From: Bacteroidaceae bacterium
GTDB taxonomy: Bacteria > Bacteroidota > Bacteroidia > Bacteroidales > Bacteroidaceae
Reading direction: 5' to 3'
Assembly (NCBI GenBank): GCA_024398535.1
Contig: JAKSIY010000001.1
Span: 805 to 64,804 of the forward strand
DNA length: 64,000 nt
The translations under genes and the position numbers were made by a program. This document shows, one piece after another, positions 19,894 through 31,887 of this stretch (positions are counted from its first letter, which is position 1; each line of letters starts with the position of its first letter). The notes beneath the pieces are model-generated. The model worked only from the letters and a program-made list of their open reading frames with translations. It ran no database searches and was not told the origin of the DNA.

Positions 19894-20898
19894 ATGGATG
19901 CTAGAAACCTCTACAAAGCTGCCGCCGGCCGCTATGACGGTGACATGGAGTACCGCCGATGCGGACGCAGTGGAGTGAAACTGCCGCTTCTCTCTCTGGG
20001 ACTGTGGCACAATTTTGGCAGCGTGGACAATCTTGAGAACTGTATTGAAATTGCTCACTGCGCCTTTGACAACGGCATCACCTGTTTTGATCTTGCAAAC
20101 AACTACGGTCCCATGTACGGCTCTGCCGAAGAGACCTTTGGCCAGATTATGGACAAATCCTTCCGCCCCTACAGGGATGAGCTCTTTATCACAACCAAGG
20201 CAGGCTACGACATGTGGCCAGGCCCATACGGCGAGTGGGGCTCACGCAAGTATCTGATGAGCAGTCTGGACCAGAGCCTCAAGCGCATGAAACTGGACTA
20301 TGTTGATCTGTTCTATTCACACAGATATGATCCTGACACACCGCTTGAAGAGACGCTTCAGGCTCTTGTTGACATTGTCCGTCAGGGCAAGGCTCTGTAT
20401 GTGGGCATCTCAAACTATCCGGTTGATACCCTTGACTTTGTCTTTGAATATATGAAGCAGCGTGATGTCCCATGCCTGATTTATCAGGGCAAGTACAACA
20501 TGCTGAACCGTGAGCCTAAGGACAGTGGCATTCTGGATGCCTGCTACAGCAATGGCGTAGGCTTTACCGCCTTCTCACCGCTGGCACAGGGACTCCTGAC
20601 CAACCGCTACCTGAACGGCATTCCTGCTGACTCAAGAATGGCCAGGAACTTCTTCCTGAAAAAGGATGTCCTGACAGACGACTTCGTTGAAAGCATGCGT
20701 GCCCTTGACCAGATGGCAGAGCAGCGTGGCCAGGCTCTCTCTGAGATGTCTCTGGCATGGCTCATACGTCAGCCAGAAGTGACTTCTGTTATTGTTGGCG
20801 CAAGTTCTGCAAGGCAGTTGAAGACAAACCTGAATGCGGTCAGGAATACCTCTTTCTCAGAGAGTGAACTGGAACGTATTGATATGATTCTGAAATGA
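19894..20898 (+). CDS. Aldo/keto reductase (YghZ-like, L-glyceraldehyde-3-phosphate reductase family)
   Basis: 334 aa. [25 protein letters not shown] and other AKR signatures. Confidence 0.85.
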   Translation: MDARNLYKAAAGRYDGDMEYRRCGRSGVKLPLLSLGLWHNFGSVDNLENCIEIAHCAFDNGITCFDLANNYGPMYGSAEETFGQIMDKSFRPYRDELFITTKAGYDMWPGPYGEWGSRKYLMSSLDQSLKRMKLDYVDLFYSHRYDPDTPLEETLQALVDIVRQGKALYVGISNYPVDTLDFVFEYMKQRDVPCLIYQGKYNMLNREPKDSGILDACYSNGVGFTAFSPLAQGLLTNRYLNGIPADSRMARNFFLKKDVLTDDFVESMRALDQMAEQRGQALSEMSLAWLIRQPEVTSVIVGASSARQLKTNLNAVRNTSFSESELERIDMILK

Positions 20899-22055
20899 TG
20901 GAATTTGAAGTAGAAAAGAAAAGGCTGTTCGATGCTCATGAGGAGCTTTTGACAAGAAAGAATTCTCCATCAGGCACGAACGGTGTCTGGACAAGATACC
21001 AGAATCCGGTGCTGACTGGTGACCATGCCCCTCTGCATTGGCGCTATGACCTGAATCCTGCAACAAACCCAATGCTGCAGGAGCGCATAGGCATTCATGC
21101 TGCGTTCAATGCCGGTGCCATGAAGTGGAACGGCAAGTATATAATGGTGGCCAGGGTTGAGGCTGCTGACCGCAAGTCATTCTTTGCAGTGGCAGAGAGT
21201 CCAAACGGAATTGACAACTTCCGTTTCTGGGAGCGTCCTATAACAATGCCCCAGACAGAAGATCCTGATACAAACGTTTACGACATGCGTCTGACCCAGC
21301 ATGAGGATGGCTGGATTTACGGCGTGTTCTGCTCTGAGCGTAAGGACAGGAGCCTGCCCGGAGACCTTTCGGCAGCGACTGCCGCTGCGGGCATCGCCCG
21401 TACCAAAGACCTTGTCAACTGGGAGCGTCTGCCGGACCTGAAGTCACGCAGCCAGCAGAGAAACGTAGTACTGCATCCAGAGTTCGTAAACGGAAAGTAT
21501 GCCTTCTACACCCGCCCTCAGGATGGCTTCATTGATGCCGGAAGCGGTGGCGGTATTGGTTGGGCCCTGGTTGATGACATAACCCATGCAGAGATTAAGG
21601 ATGAAGTCATCATTGACAGCCGCTACTACCATACTATAAAGGAGGTAAAGAACGGTGAGGGTCCGCATCCTATCAAGACTCCTCAGGGATGGCTGCATCT
21701 GGCACATGGTGTGCGTGGATGTGCTGACGGTCTCAGATATGTCCTCTACATGTACATGACTGCCCTTGATGATCCTACCCGTGTCATTGCTGCACCTGCC
21801 GGATTCTTCCTGGCCCCTGATATGACAGAGATTGTGGGAGACGTGTCAAACGTGCTCTTCTCTAACGGATGGATTGAGGATGAGGGCAAGGTCTTCATCT
21901 ACTATGCGTCGAGCGACACCCGCATGCACGTGGCAACATCTACGGTTGAGAAGCTTGTGGACTACTGCATGAATACCCAGCCTGATGGATTTACATCAAG
22001 CGACACAGTAAAAAGGATAAATGATTTAATAAATAAAAACAATGGATTCTACTAA
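20895..22055 (+). CDS. GH130 glycoside phosphorylase (4-O-beta-D-mannosyl-D-glucose phosphorylase-like)
   Basis: 386 aa. [21 protein letters not shown] and the N-terminal region resemble Bacteroides MGP (the BF0772 family) as I recall it. Confidence 0.85.
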   Translation: MMEFEVEKKRLFDAHEELLTRKNSPSGTNGVWTRYQNPVLTGDHAPLHWRYDLNPATNPMLQERIGIHAAFNAGAMKWNGKYIMVARVEAADRKSFFAVAESPNGIDNFRFWERPITMPQTEDPDTNVYDMRLTQHEDGWIYGVFCSERKDRSLPGDLSAATAAAGIARTKDLVNWERLPDLKSRSQQRNVVLHPEFVNGKYAFYTRPQDGFIDAGSGGGIGWALVDDITHAEIKDEVIIDSRYYHTIKEVKNGEGPHPIKTPQGWLHLAHGVRGCADGLRYVLYMYMTALDDPTRVIAAPAGFFLAPDMTEIVGDVSNVLFSNGWIEDEGKVFIYYASSDTRMHVATSTVEKLVDYCMNTQPDGFTSSDTVKRINDLINKNNGFY

Positions 22056-23397
22056 AGTTACAATCAAGGAGAAGATTGCCTATGCTCTTGGTGATGCCGC
22101 TGCCGGTGGTATCACATGGAAGATCATGTCAATTGCTTTCCCTCTCTTCTTTACAAACGTATTTGGTCTTACATTTGCCGATGCAGCAGCACTCATGCTC
22201 ATTGCCAGAATGTTTGACGTGGTGACAGACCCACTCATGGGTAGTCTTGCAGACCGTACCCAGTCACGCTGGGGAACATACCGTCCATGGCTCATCATGT
22301 GCGCAATCCCTTATGGACTTATCTTTGCACTGCTGCTCTTCACTCCGGACTTTGGTCCTACAGGAAAGAGAATCTGGGCATACACCCTTTACCTGATGAT
22401 GATGGCTATCTATACGGCCGTAAACGTTCCTTACGGCTCACTGCTGGGTGTCATGACCGATGACGACAACCAGAAGAACCAGTTCTCTTCATACCGCATG
22501 GTAGGTGCTTACGCAATGGGATTCATCACACTGCTCTCATTCCCTTACCTGCAGAAGATGGTAGGCGGAACCGAGGCTCATCAGTACGCAGTACTTGGCG
22601 CTGCATTCGGTATCATTGCTGCTGCCATGACACTGGCATGTGGTCTCATGACCAAGGAGAGACTCAAGCCTGTACGTGCCGAGAAGTTCTCATTCCGTCA
22701 GTTCGTTGACCTGTTCCGCAACCGTCCATGGATATTCATGACACTCATGGCACTCTGCACGAACTTCTTCAACGGATTCCGCTACGCAGTTGCCGGTTAC
22801 ATGATTACCTACTGTCTGGGTGGTGACGTTACGGTAGGCGCACTTATCATCAACTACACTGTATTCATGGCCTTCGGCGAGGTTACCTGCATGATTTTTG
22901 GCGGCATCTCTCCTGCCTTCACAAAGTGGATCGGCTCAAAGAGAATGGCATTCGTATGGTCTGCAGTTATCTGCTGCGTCACATCAATTGCATTCTTCTT
23001 CATTCCAATGGATGCAAGGTTCATCTGGGTAATGGTGGTTGTTTCCGTGCTGACATCAGTCGGTTGCGGTCTCTATTCTCCACTGCTCTGGTCCATGTAT
23101 GCTGATGTTGCAGACTACGCAACAGAGAGGTTCGGTACATCTTCTACCGGTCTTATCTTCTCTTCTGGTACCATGGCACAGAAGCTTGGCGGTGCCGTAT
23201 CAGGTGCCCTGATTGCTTTCCTGCTTGGCATTGCCGGTCTTGTTTCAGAGACCGATGCCGCTACCGGTCAGACAATCGTGACCATCACCAACGAGTCTGG
23301 TGTACAGCACATGGTATGGTCACTCTTCTCTCTTGTTCCTGCGGCAATTGCCGTTGCAATGGGTATCCTTGCTTACAAATTCCCAATCAAGAAATAA
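22042..23397 (+). CDS. Glycoside-pentoside-hexuronide (GPH) family sugar:cation symporter
   Basis: 451 aa, 12 TM segments. N-terminal [10 protein letters not shown] and DRTQSRWG(T)YRPW motifs typical of GPH/MelB-like carriers. Confidence 0.8.
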   Translation: MDSTKVTIKEKIAYALGDAAAGGITWKIMSIAFPLFFTNVFGLTFADAAALMLIARMFDVVTDPLMGSLADRTQSRWGTYRPWLIMCAIPYGLIFALLLFTPDFGPTGKRIWAYTLYLMMMAIYTAVNVPYGSLLGVMTDDDNQKNQFSSYRMVGAYAMGFITLLSFPYLQKMVGGTEAHQYAVLGAAFGIIAAAMTLACGLMTKERLKPVRAEKFSFRQFVDLFRNRPWIFMTLMALCTNFFNGFRYAVAGYMITYCLGGDVTVGALIINYTVFMAFGEVTCMIFGGISPAFTKWIGSKRMAFVWSAVICCVTSIAFFFIPMDARFIWVMVVVSVLTSVGCGLYSPLLWSMYADVADYATERFGTSSTGLIFSSGTMAQKLGGAVSGALIAFLLGIAGLVSETDAATGQTIVTITNESGVQHMVWSLFSLVPAAIAVAMGILAYKFPIKK

Positions 23398-23400
23398 ACC

Positions 23401-24381
23401 ATGAAAAGAAATATCCTGGCCGTAATGGCCATTGCAATGGGACTCATACTGACCGGCTGCGGTCAGAAGGCTCCGAAAGTTGAGAGACTCCACGTTGACG
23501 GCTGCCACCTGGTAAATGAATCAGGTCAGGTAATTGCATATCACGGCATCAGCTTTGGCTGGCACAACCTGTGGCCACGCTTCTACAATGAGAGCGCAGT
23601 AAAGCATCTGACAGAAGACTGGGGCTGCAAGATTTACCGTGCAGCAATCGGTGCCGATGACCATGCCCTGGGTGACAATCCTGGCAAGGATCACGGCTAC
23701 ATGGCTGACCCGGAACTTGCGCTGAAGAGCCTGTACGCAGTAGTTGACGGTGCCATTGCAAGCGGTGCCTACATAATCGTTGACTGGCATTCACACGTTC
23801 AGCACCCAGAAGAGGCTGCCGAGTTCTTCAGGACTGTCGCAACCAAGTACAAAGGTGTTCCAAACGTAATCTACGAGCTGTACAATGAGCCTACACGTGA
23901 CTCATGGGAGAGCCTGAAGACTTATGCAGAGGGCCTTATCAAGGTTATCGCAGAGTGTGACCCTTCACATCCGGTAATCCTTATGGGCTGCCCGTCATGG
24001 GATCAGGCAATTGAGAAGCCTGCTGCTGACCCAATCAAGGGCTATGACAACCTGATGTACACCGTACACTTCTACGCCGGCACACACAAGCAGTGGCTGC
24101 GTGACAAGTGCGATGCTGCAATGGCTGCCGGCATTCCTGTCCTGATTTCAGAGTGTGCCAGCTGCGATGCCAGCGGTGACGGCCGCATGGACCTGGAGTC
24201 ATGGCAGGAGTGGTCTGACTGGGCCGATGCCAAGGGCGTGACCATGCTGACCTGGTCAGTAGGCGACAAGAACGAGACCTGCTCATTCTTTACCCCAGAG
24301 GGAAGCTCAGAGGGTCCATGGGATGACAGCGTAATCAAGCCTTGGGGTAAGATTGTACGTGAATGGATCAAGAACAACTAA
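23401..24381 (+). CDS. GH5 family endo-beta-glycanase (cellulase/mannanase type), lipoprotein
   Basis: 326 aa. Lipobox LTGC. GH5 catalytic motifs VIYELYNEP (acid/base) and LISECAS (nucleophile). Confidence 0.8.
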   Translation: MKRNILAVMAIAMGLILTGCGQKAPKVERLHVDGCHLVNESGQVIAYHGISFGWHNLWPRFYNESAVKHLTEDWGCKIYRAAIGADDHALGDNPGKDHGYMADPELALKSLYAVVDGAIASGAYIIVDWHSHVQHPEEAAEFFRTVATKYKGVPNVIYELYNEPTRDSWESLKTYAEGLIKVIAECDPSHPVILMGCPSWDQAIEKPAADPIKGYDNLMYTVHFYAGTHKQWLRDKCDAAMAAGIPVLISECASCDASGDGRMDLESWQEWSDWADAKGVTMLTWSVGDKNETCSFFTPEGSSEGPWDDSVIKPWGKIVREWIKNN

Positions 24382-24395
24382 TCACTGATAGATAT

Positions 24396-26894
24396 ATGTC
24401 AAAAGAATACGGTCATTACGATGACAAAGCCAGGGAGTATGTGATTACTGACCCTGCAACCCCGTTCCCATGGATCAACTACCTGGGCAACGAGGATTTC
24501 TTCTCGCTCATAAGCAACACAGCCGGCGGCTACAGCTTTTACAAGGATGCTAAGTTCCGCCGCATTACCCGCTACCGCTACAACGGTGTACCGATGGACA
24601 ACGGTGGCCGATACTTCTACATCAATGACGGCGGCACGGTATGGAATCCGGGCTGGAAGCCATGCAAGACTCCGCTTGAGAGCTACGAGTGCCGTCACGG
24701 AATGAACTACACCCGCATTACCGGTTCCAAGAACGGAATTGAGGCAAGCACTCTCTTCTTTGTTCCGCTGAACACATGGGCCGAGGTTCAGAAGGTGACC
24801 CTCAAGAACACTACTGACCAGGAAAAGAGCATCAAGCTTTTCTCATTTGCCGAGTGGTGTCTGTGGAACGCATCGACCGACATGGAGAATTTCCAGCGCA
24901 ACTGGTCAACCGGCGAAGTTGAGATTGACGGCAGCGTAATCTACCACAAGACCGAGTACAAGGAGCGCCGCAACCACTACGCATACTATTCAGTCAATGT
25001 ACCTATCCAGGGATATGACACCGACCGCGAGTCATTCATTGGACTCTACAACGAGTTCGCTGACCCACAGTGCGTCATGGCGGGCAAGCCTTCAATGAGC
25101 CTTGCCCATGGATGGTCACCTATTGCCAGCCACTATATTGAGGTAACACTTAAGCCAGGTGAGTCAAAGGACTATGTGTTCCTTCTGGGATATGTTGAGA
25201 ATGAGCAGGATGAGAAGTTCTCTGAGGAGGATATTGCCCGCAAGAAGAGCGGCGAGCTTATCTCAAGCCAGGCATCGGACCACACTCTTGTAAACAAGAA
25301 GAAGGCGCTTGAGACTATTAATAGATTCAGTACAGTTCAGGCTGTCGATGCCGCATTTGCCCAGCTGACCGCCATGTGGGATGAACTGCTTGACAAGTAC
25401 GTTGTCAAGTCAGCCGACCCACGTCTGGACCGCATGGTAAATATCTGGAACCAGTACCAGTGCATGATCACATTCAATTTCAGCCGCAGTGCCAGTTTCT
25501 TTGAGAGCGGTATTGGCCGTGGCATGGGATTCCGTGACAGCAACCAGGATCTTGTTGGATTCGTGCATCAGGTTCCTTCACGCGCACGCCAGAGAATCAT
25601 TGACATTGCATCGACCCAGTTCCCTGACGGCGGCTGCTACCATCAGTACCAGCCTCTGACAAAGCGCGGCAACAACGACATTGGCGGCGGTTTCAACGAT
25701 GACCCGATGTGGCTGATTTTCGGTACCGTGGCATACATCTGCGAATCAGGTGACTTCTCAATCCTTGACGAGATGGTTCCATGGGACAATGTGCCAGGCT
25801 CGGAGGTTACCCTGATGGAGCACCTCAGAATCAGCTTTGACCACGTGGTCAAGAACCTGGGTCCGCACATGCTGCCACTGATTGGACGCGCTGACTGGAA
25901 CGATTGCCTGAACCTGAACTGTTTCAGCTGGGATCCTAACGAGAGTTTCCAGACTACTGAGAACAAGACTGAGGGCAGCAAGGCTGAGTCACTGATGATT
26001 GCCGGTCTGTTCGTGTTCTGCGGCAAGCAGTACGTTGAGCTGTGCAACGCCCTGGGCGGTGACGCACTGAAGGAGGCAGAGCGTGCCCAGAAGTGCATCG
26101 ATGCAATGGTCGAGGCTATAAAGAAGCATGGCTGGGACGGTGAATGGTACCTGCGTGCATACGATTTCTACGGCAACAAGATTGGTTCTAATGAGAACGA
26201 GGAGGGCAAGATATTCATTGAGTCACAGGGATTCTGCACCATGGCCGGAATAGGTCTTGAAGAGGGCATGGTTGACAAGGCTCTTGACAGCTGCAAGAAG
26301 TACCTTGACAGCGAGCACGGAATGGTTCTGAACAACCCTGCCTACACTGTATATCACGTTGAGATGGGTGAGATCAGCTCTTATCCTGCAGGCTACAAGG
26401 AGAATGCCGGTATATTCTGCCATAACAACCCTTGGGTAATCATTGGTGAGACCGTTGCCGGACGCGGAAACGATGCCTGGGAACACTACACCAAGATCTG
26501 CCCGGCATGGATAAAGGATCAGGACCTGCACAAGGTTGAGCCATACGTATATTGCCAGATGGTTGCCGGCAAGGATGCCGCAAAACCGGGCGAGGGCAAG
26601 AACTCATGGCTGACCGGTACTGCTGCATGGAACTGGTACACAATCACCCAGTTCATTCTGGGTATCAAGCCAAGCTTCAAGGGAATTGAGATGGACCCAT
26701 GCATAAGTAGCGACAACAAGGGTTACACCGTGACCCGCAAGTTCCGCGGCGCCACATATGTAATTGAGATCAAGAACCCTAACGGAGCCCAGAAGGGTAT
26801 AAAGTCACTGACCATCAACGGTGAAAAGGTTCAGGGTAACCTGGTTCCAATGCAGCCTGCAGGCACTGTCTGCAAGGTGGTGGCTGAAATGTAA
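24396..26894 (+). CDS. GH94 cellobiose (cellodextrin) phosphorylase
   Basis: Start taken at [20 protein letters not shown]. Long collinear resemblance to cellobiose phosphorylases ([50 protein letters not shown]). Confidence 0.9.
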   Translation: MSKEYGHYDDKAREYVITDPATPFPWINYLGNEDFFSLISNTAGGYSFYKDAKFRRITRYRYNGVPMDNGGRYFYINDGGTVWNPGWKPCKTPLESYECRHGMNYTRITGSKNGIEASTLFFVPLNTWAEVQKVTLKNTTDQEKSIKLFSFAEWCLWNASTDMENFQRNWSTGEVEIDGSVIYHKTEYKERRNHYAYYSVNVPIQGYDTDRESFIGLYNEFADPQCVMAGKPSMSLAHGWSPIASHYIEVTLKPGESKDYVFLLGYVENEQDEKFSEEDIARKKSGELISSQASDHTLVNKKKALETINRFSTVQAVDAAFAQLTAMWDELLDKYVVKSADPRLDRMVNIWNQYQCMITFNFSRSASFFESGIGRGMGFRDSNQDLVGFVHQVPSRARQRIIDIASTQFPDGGCYHQYQPLTKRGNNDIGGGFNDDPMWLIFGTVAYICESGDFSILDEMVPWDNVPGSEVTLMEHLRISFDHVVKNLGPHMLPLIGRADWNDCLNLNCFSWDPNESFQTTENKTEGSKAESLMIAGLFVFCGKQYVELCNALGGDALKEAERAQKCIDAMVEAIKKHGWDGEWYLRAYDFYGNKIGSNENEEGKIFIESQGFCTMAGIGLEEGMVDKALDSCKKYLDSEHGMVLNNPAYTVYHVEMGEISSYPAGYKENAGIFCHNNPWVIIGETVAGRGNDAWEHYTKICPAWIKDQDLHKVEPYVYCQMVAGKDAAKPGEGKNSWLTGTAAWNWYTITQFILGIKPSFKGIEMDPCISSDNKGYTVTRKFRGATYVIEIKNPNGAQKGIKSLTINGEKVQGNLVPMQPAGTVCKVVAEM

Positions 26895-26904
26895 TCCTTC
26901 TTAT

Positions 26905-28104
26905 ATGGATCAAAGACTGATTGAACTTAAGAGTCAGCTCAGAAATGAGCTGACTCTTAATATTCTGCCGTTCTGGATGGACCGGATGACAGATATGCAG
27001 CGCGGAGGTTTCCATGGCCGGATAGACGGATACAATAATCTGCATGCAGACGCTCCAAAGGGCGCCGTGCTGAATGCCCGTATCCTGTGGACCTTTGCAT
27101 CGGCTTACAGGGTGATAGGTGACCCGCAGTATCTTGACACGGCAATGCGTGCAAAGCGTTATCTGATTGAACATTTCTACGATGCAGAGAATGGAGGTAT
27201 CTACTGGATGCTCAACGCAGACGGAACACCTCTTGATACAAAGAAGCAGATCTATGCCCTGGGCTTTGCAATCTACGGATTCAGTGAGCTTGGCCGTGCA
27301 ACCGGTGACCGTGAGTCAATTGAGTACGCAATAAAGCTGTATGAAGACATTGAGGCTCATGCCTATGATTCTGCTGCTGGCGGCTATTGGGAGGCCTTTA
27401 CAAGAGAGTGGGGAGAGATTGCCGATGCCCGCCTGAGTGAGAAGGAGACCAATGACCGTAAGACAATGAACACCCATTTGCACATATTGGAACCTTATAC
27501 CAATCTGTACCGCGTTTGGCAGGATCCAGGCCTGAAAAAGAAGATCCAGGAGCTACTTGATGTGTTCATGGACAGGATATACCGTTCTGATATAGGACAT
27601 CTGGGGCTCTTCTTTGGCGATGCATGGGAGTTGCACGGAGATATCCGCTCTTACGGACATGATATTGAGGCCAGCTGGCTTATGACAGAGGCCGCACAGG
27701 TGATAGGGGATACAGAGCGCATGCAGAGACTTCTGGATATTGTCCGCCGTATTGCCGATGTCTGTTCTTCAGAGGCACTCCAGCCTGATGGCAGCATGAT
27801 ATATGAGTACGATCCGTCAACCGGTCATATTGAGCAGAACCGTGACTGGTGGCCACAGGCAGAGACTGTGATAGGCTACTTCAACTCATGGCAGCTGCTG
27901 GGCAGGGAAGAGGATCTGGCCAGATGTATTGGTGCATGGCATTTCATACAGGAACACATTATTGACCATGTGGGAGGTGAATGGTATTGGGGAATGCTGG
28001 CAGACGGACAGACCAATTTCAAGGACGACAAGGCAGGCCCCTGGAAGTGTCCGTACCACAACAGCCGCATGTGTCTGGAACTTATTGAACGTATTTCAGG
28101 GTGA
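26905..28104 (+). CDS. AGE-family epimerase (cellobiose 2-epimerase-like)
   Basis: Start taken at MDQRLIELKSQL. N-acylglucosamine 2-epimerase-fold sequence. The context with GH130 and a symporter matches the epimerase/phosphorylase mannan pathway. Confidence 0.8.
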   Translation: MDQRLIELKSQLRNELTLNILPFWMDRMTDMQRGGFHGRIDGYNNLHADAPKGAVLNARILWTFASAYRVIGDPQYLDTAMRAKRYLIEHFYDAENGGIYWMLNADGTPLDTKKQIYALGFAIYGFSELGRATGDRESIEYAIKLYEDIEAHAYDSAAGGYWEAFTREWGEIADARLSEKETNDRKTMNTHLHILEPYTNLYRVWQDPGLKKKIQELLDVFMDRIYRSDIGHLGLFFGDAWELHGDIRSYGHDIEASWLMTEAAQVIGDTERMQRLLDIVRRIADVCSSEALQPDGSMIYEYDPSTGHIEQNRDWWPQAETVIGYFNSWQLLGREEDLARCIGAWHFIQEHIIDHVGGEWYWGMLADGQTNFKDDKAGPWKCPYHNSRMCLELIERISG

Positions 28105-28450
28105 CCGTGGCAGCACGGCATTCCGAACCTACCGGAGGATTCTCCTTGGTAAGGGATATCTGGACAGATTGCAGGGAAGTGAATCTTTCCTGCAATTTTT
28201 CTGCAATACGGCCGGCAACGTGCTCAAGCAGGTCAGAAGGAGTCTTCATCTCTGTCCTGGCAATCTGTGCAATCTCTGCGTAGCTGATGGTGTCATCTAC
28301 GCAGTCTGAACTTACGGCTGCAGAAATGTCGGCTGTCACCTCAATGTCAAGGGTGTACCACGAGCCGACGATGCGCTCCTGTGGGCATACGCCATGGTAT
28401 GCGTATAAGCGCAGTCCCTTCAGTTCTATGTGCTGTGATTCTGGATGCAT
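28082..28450 (-). CDS. folB: Dihydroneopterin aldolase
   Basis: IELKGLRLYAYHGVCPQERIVG... and DDTISYAEI motifs. Start chosen at MHPESQH to avoid overlapping the upstream stop. Confidence 0.8.
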   Translation of the reverse strand: MHPESQHIELKGLRLYAYHGVCPQERIVGSWYTLDIEVTADISAAVSSDCVDDTISYAEIAQIARTEMKTPSDLLEHVAGRIAEKLQERFTSLQSVQISLTKENPPVGSECRAATVTLKYVQ

Positions 28451-28451
28451 G

Positions 28452-28943
28452 TCAGATTTCTTCATCTGCATCGTTCTTGAGCTGTGACCCGTCAGGCAGA
28501 TATTTCTTCAGGGCACGTGCAACGCCGTTTTTCCAGTTGTTGATGTTCTCAGAGTCAAGGTCAAGTGATGAGACAAGCTTGATGCAGAGCTCAATAGGCA
28601 TCTGATATCTGAGCACGCCTGAGATCAGCTTGGCATAGTTCCAGTACTCCTTGTCAAACTTCTCACTCAGTCCTTCAATCAGAACCTTGTAGCCGCGCTT
28701 GTTAGTGAACTGGAAATCATAGCGCTTTACGCCGTTCTCATCTATGTTCTTGATGATGACACCGTGATCTACGGTCTTTGGGATGGCAATTCCCTCTTCG
28801 TCGTCCTGAAGTCCTGTGAAAATCTCGTAAGGCTGCCCGTTCAGAAGACCCACAAAAGCAACCCATTTCTCTTTCTTGTTCTGGAAACGTACTACGTCTG
28901 CTTCAAGAACCTTGGGGCGGGTCTCTACAACGTTGTCATTCAT
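28452..28943 (-). CDS. Hypothetical protein. Weak resemblance to the C-terminal (TSCPD-like) segment of class II ribonucleotide reductases
   Basis: 163 aa, 4-bp overlap with the dnaA stop. GQPYEIFTG and [16 protein letters not shown] recall NrdJ C-terminal motifs, but no Cys motif is present. The function is not established. Confidence 0.55.
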   Translation of the reverse strand: MNDNVVETRPKVLEADVVRFQNKKEKWVAFVGLLNGQPYEIFTGLQDDEEGIAIPKTVDHGVIIKNIDENGVKRYDFQFTNKRGYKVLIEGLSEKFDKEYWNYAKLISGVLRYQMPIELCIKLVSSLDLDSENINNWKNGVARALKKYLPDGSQLKNDADEEI

Positions 28944-30340
28944 AGACGGAGTGAACTCTCTATGTTCTGCATGTCCTCACGGAAGTTCTTGTCAACCTCT
29001 ATCTGGTCCTTTACAACGGTGCATGCGTGCAGAACTGTAGCATGGTCACGCTTTCCAATGTACATGCCAATCTTTGATGTTGAGTAGTCAAGGTATTTCT
29101 TGGCCAGATACATGCTTATCTGACGTACCTGAACGACTTCACTCTTGCGTGACTTTGTCTGGATGGCATCGGCTTCAATGTCGTAGTACTCACAGACCTT
29201 GTTGATGATGCCTTCAATTGTGAGTGGCTTCTCTTCCTTGACGCTGGCTTTCTCTATGACTGAGCGTGCAAGGTCAAGATCCACATCCTTGTTGTAGATG
29301 GTGGAATGTGCAACAAGTGACACGATAGTTCCCTCAAGGTCACGTACGCTGTCCTTGACGTTCTGTGCAATGTAGTCAATTACATCTTCTGGGAACTCTA
29401 TTCCGTCCCTGCGTGTCTTGTCCCTGAGAATCTCCTTCCTGAGTTCGTAGTTAGGCTTCTCAAGTTCTGCAACCAGACCCCATTTGAAACGGGTAATCAG
29501 TCTCTCCTCAAGATCCTTAAGGTCCTTTGGAGGACGGTCGCAGGTCATGATGAGCTGCTTCTGGTTAAGATGCAGATGATTGAATATGTGGAAGAAAGTG
29601 TTCTGTGTCTTTGAATAGCCTGCAAGCTCCTGCATGTCATCTATAATCAGGACGTCAATTGTCTGATAGAAGTTTATGAAGTCATTCACCGTGTTGTTGC
29701 GTACAGAATCAACATATTGTACGTGGAACAGGTGCGACGATACATACAGAACCCTCTTTTCCGGGAAGAGACTCTTGACCTTCATACCTATGGCATTCAC
29801 CAGATGGGTCTTTCCCACACCCGATGCTCCATAGATGAAAAGCGGGTTGAAGGTGGAACGTGCAGGATTCTGGGCTACGGTCTCAGCTGCAGTCCTGGAC
29901 AGTTTGTTGCTGACGCCCTCAATGAAGTTGTCAAATGAGTACTTTGGATTCAGCATCGGGTCCAGATCCTGTGGCTGTGGAGCCTTCAGGAGGGCAGGGG
30001 CTGCGTTGGTCTGCCTGGTAGTCTCCTTGTATCCGGTATCGGCTGTATCCTGTGAGGTGACTGTTGTCTCAAGCTTGTGCTGCTTGTCAGTCATGACACG
30101 GTATTTGAGCTTTGTACCAGGGCCGATTACCTTTGTAAGGGCAGAGCGCATGACACCAAGATAGTTCTCCTCAATGTATTCATAGACGAATGCCGAGGCG
30201 ACAGCTATTGTGAGCTCTCCGTTCTCAAGAGAAACAGGTCTGATGCCTGCAAACAATTCCTTGTATGCAGACGGAGCAACATTGTCCTGAATGAATTCAA
30301 GACAATCTTTCCAAACTGTTTCTGTTGATTTCTCTATCAT
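28940..30340 (-). CDS. dnaA: Chromosomal replication initiator protein DnaA
   Basis: 466 aa. AAA+ Walker [11 protein letters not shown], box VII, and the C-terminal DNA-binding domain (DHATVLHA). Confidence 0.95.
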   Translation of the reverse strand: MIEKSTETVWKDCLEFIQDNVAPSAYKELFAGIRPVSLENGELTIAVASAFVYEYIEENYLGVMRSALTKVIGPGTKLKYRVMTDKQHKLETTVTSQDTADTGYKETTRQTNAAPALLKAPQPQDLDPMLNPKYSFDNFIEGVSNKLSRTAAETVAQNPARSTFNPLFIYGASGVGKTHLVNAIGMKVKSLFPEKRVLYVSSHLFHVQYVDSVRNNTVNDFINFYQTIDVLIIDDMQELAGYSKTQNTFFHIFNHLHLNQKQLIMTCDRPPKDLKDLEERLITRFKWGLVAELEKPNYELRKEILRDKTRRDGIEFPEDVIDYIAQNVKDSVRDLEGTIVSLVAHSTIYNKDVDLDLARSVIEKASVKEEKPLTIEGIINKVCEYYDIEADAIQTKSRKSEVVQVRQISMYLAKKYLDYSTSKIGMYIGKRDHATVLHACTVVKDQIEVDKNFREDMQNIESSLRL

Positions 30341-30747
30341 ATTAAAGGTGTCTCTTTAGGAAGATTCGCTCCCTGTTGAAAACTTCTTTGTTTTTCCTCA
30401 CTGCAAAATTCGCAATCTTATCTAAAACATGCAACCCTCAGTTAAAATGTGAAAAAATCATTTCTTTCAACGTTTTGGAAATCAGCACGTTGGAATACGC
30501 TCCAAATAATCTTCAAATTTTTGATTTGGAAAATTATAAGGTGGTAGGTATCAGCAATGTAACGCTGGAACGTTTAAGTGGACAGGGACGGATTGTACTA
30601 TGTTTGACCCCCAACGAGACACTGTCAGAACTACTAATTCCGGCTTTGTCCAACAGGGCTTGTTATTTGGACTAAATCTAAATTGTCTTGTTTTGGACGC
30701 CAAAAAAAAGTACAGAAAAGTTTGCTTTTTTGCTTGGAAGAATTAGA

Positions 30748-31887
30748 CTACTCTCCTGCCAGTTTCTTGGCTTCACTGATGCTTATTCTCTCACCGTTCA
30801 GCAGTGCAATTATGAATGCATCCTTGTATTTTCTGCGCACTTCTGTCTGGGTCTTGAGGATTTCATTGTAGCTGCCGGTGTTTCCGCACGTGTACTTGTA
30901 GAGTTTTCCGTCCTTGTGGCATTCAACGGACTGGTATCCCTTGAAACGGCTGTCTGTGAGCGGAAGCTGGTCTGGCGTTGTCATGAACTGAATCTTGAAT
31001 ACCGGTTTGTCTGACTTTGTCTGAACCACCGGAGTGTCAGGCTTGGCCTGAACTGGTGCGGCGGTCTGTACGGTGGCGACAGGACTCTTCCCCTTGACGT
31101 CTGAAATATAGTTGACGAAGGCCTTGTATATGCTCTGGCTCAACTCTTCAACGCCCTGTGCTGATGTCAGGTACTTGACCTCATTAGGGTTTGAGATGAA
31201 GCCAAGCTCAATCAGGATGCTTGGCATGGCACTTTTCCAAAGAACCAGATATCCTGCCTGATGCACTCCGCGGTCATGCCGCTTAGGCTCTCCAATCATG
31301 CCGTTCTGGACCATAGTGGCAACCTTCAGGCTCTCCTTGGTATATTCGCTCTGCATGAATTCAAAGATGATCTGGCTTTCAGGACTGTTTGGGTCGTAGC
31401 CCTCATAGTGGGTTTCGTAGTCGCTCTCATAGAGGATAGCCTTGTTCTCTTCTACTGCCACGTTCAGGTTTGCGCTGGTCCTGTTCTCTTCAACGCCCAG
31501 CAGGTAGGTCTCTGCTCCGTAGGCAGATGACGACTTTGCTGCATTTGTGTGTATTGAAACGAACAGGTCTGCTCCAGCCTTGTTTGCTATGTCAGCGCGT
31601 TTGTAGAGCTCAACGAATACGTCAGTCTTCCTTGTGTAGATTACCTTGACATCAGGACAGTTCTGCTCAAGCAGCTGACCCACGCGCAGGGTCACGTTAA
31701 GGTTTATGGTCTTCTCCTGATTCTTGCCGTTTACGGCTCCCGGGTCTTTTCCGCCGTGTCCGGCATCCAGGACTATTATGAATTTTTCCTGTGCTGAAAC
31801 CCTGCATGGCAGCAGCATGATCAGTCCGATGAATACCAGTGAAAGGTATCTGGCAATGTTGCAAATCCTGTTCATCTTCCTACTCAT
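30748..31887 (-). CDS. N-acetylmuramoyl-L-alanine amidase (Amidase_3) with a C-terminal SPOR-like domain
   Basis: 379 aa. Signal peptide, DAGHGGKDPGA and SIHTNA zinc-amidase motifs. The C-terminal ~75 aa are SPOR-like. Confidence 0.85.
   Translation of the reverse strand: MSRKMNRICNIARYLSLVFIGLIMLLPCRVSAQEKFIIVLDAGHGGKDPGAVNGKNQEKTINLNVTLRVGQLLEQNCPDVKVIYTRKTDVFVELYKRADIANKAGADLFVSIHTNAAKSSSAYGAETYLLGVEENRTSANLNVAVEENKAILYESDYETHYEGYDPNSPESQIIFEFMQSEYTKESLKVATMVQNGMIGEPKRHDRGVHQAGYLVLWKSAMPSILIELGFISNPNEVKYLTSAQGVEELSQSIYKAFVNYISDVKGKSPVATVQTAAPVQAKPDTPVVQTKSDKPVFKIQFMTTPDQLPLTDSRFKGYQSVECHKDGKLYKYTCGNTGSYNEILKTQTEVRRKYKDAFIIALLNGERISISEAKKLAGE

Noticed and set aside
30341-30747. The AT-rich dnaA-upstream spacer as the replication origin (oriC).
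   Set aside because: Only 2-3-mismatch matches to the TTATCCACA DnaA box were found (for example ttatctaaa, tgttgaaaa, tttggaaaa). Gene-strand bias does not switch cleanly here. It cannot be supported without a GC-skew calculation and a DnaA-box scan over the whole replicon.
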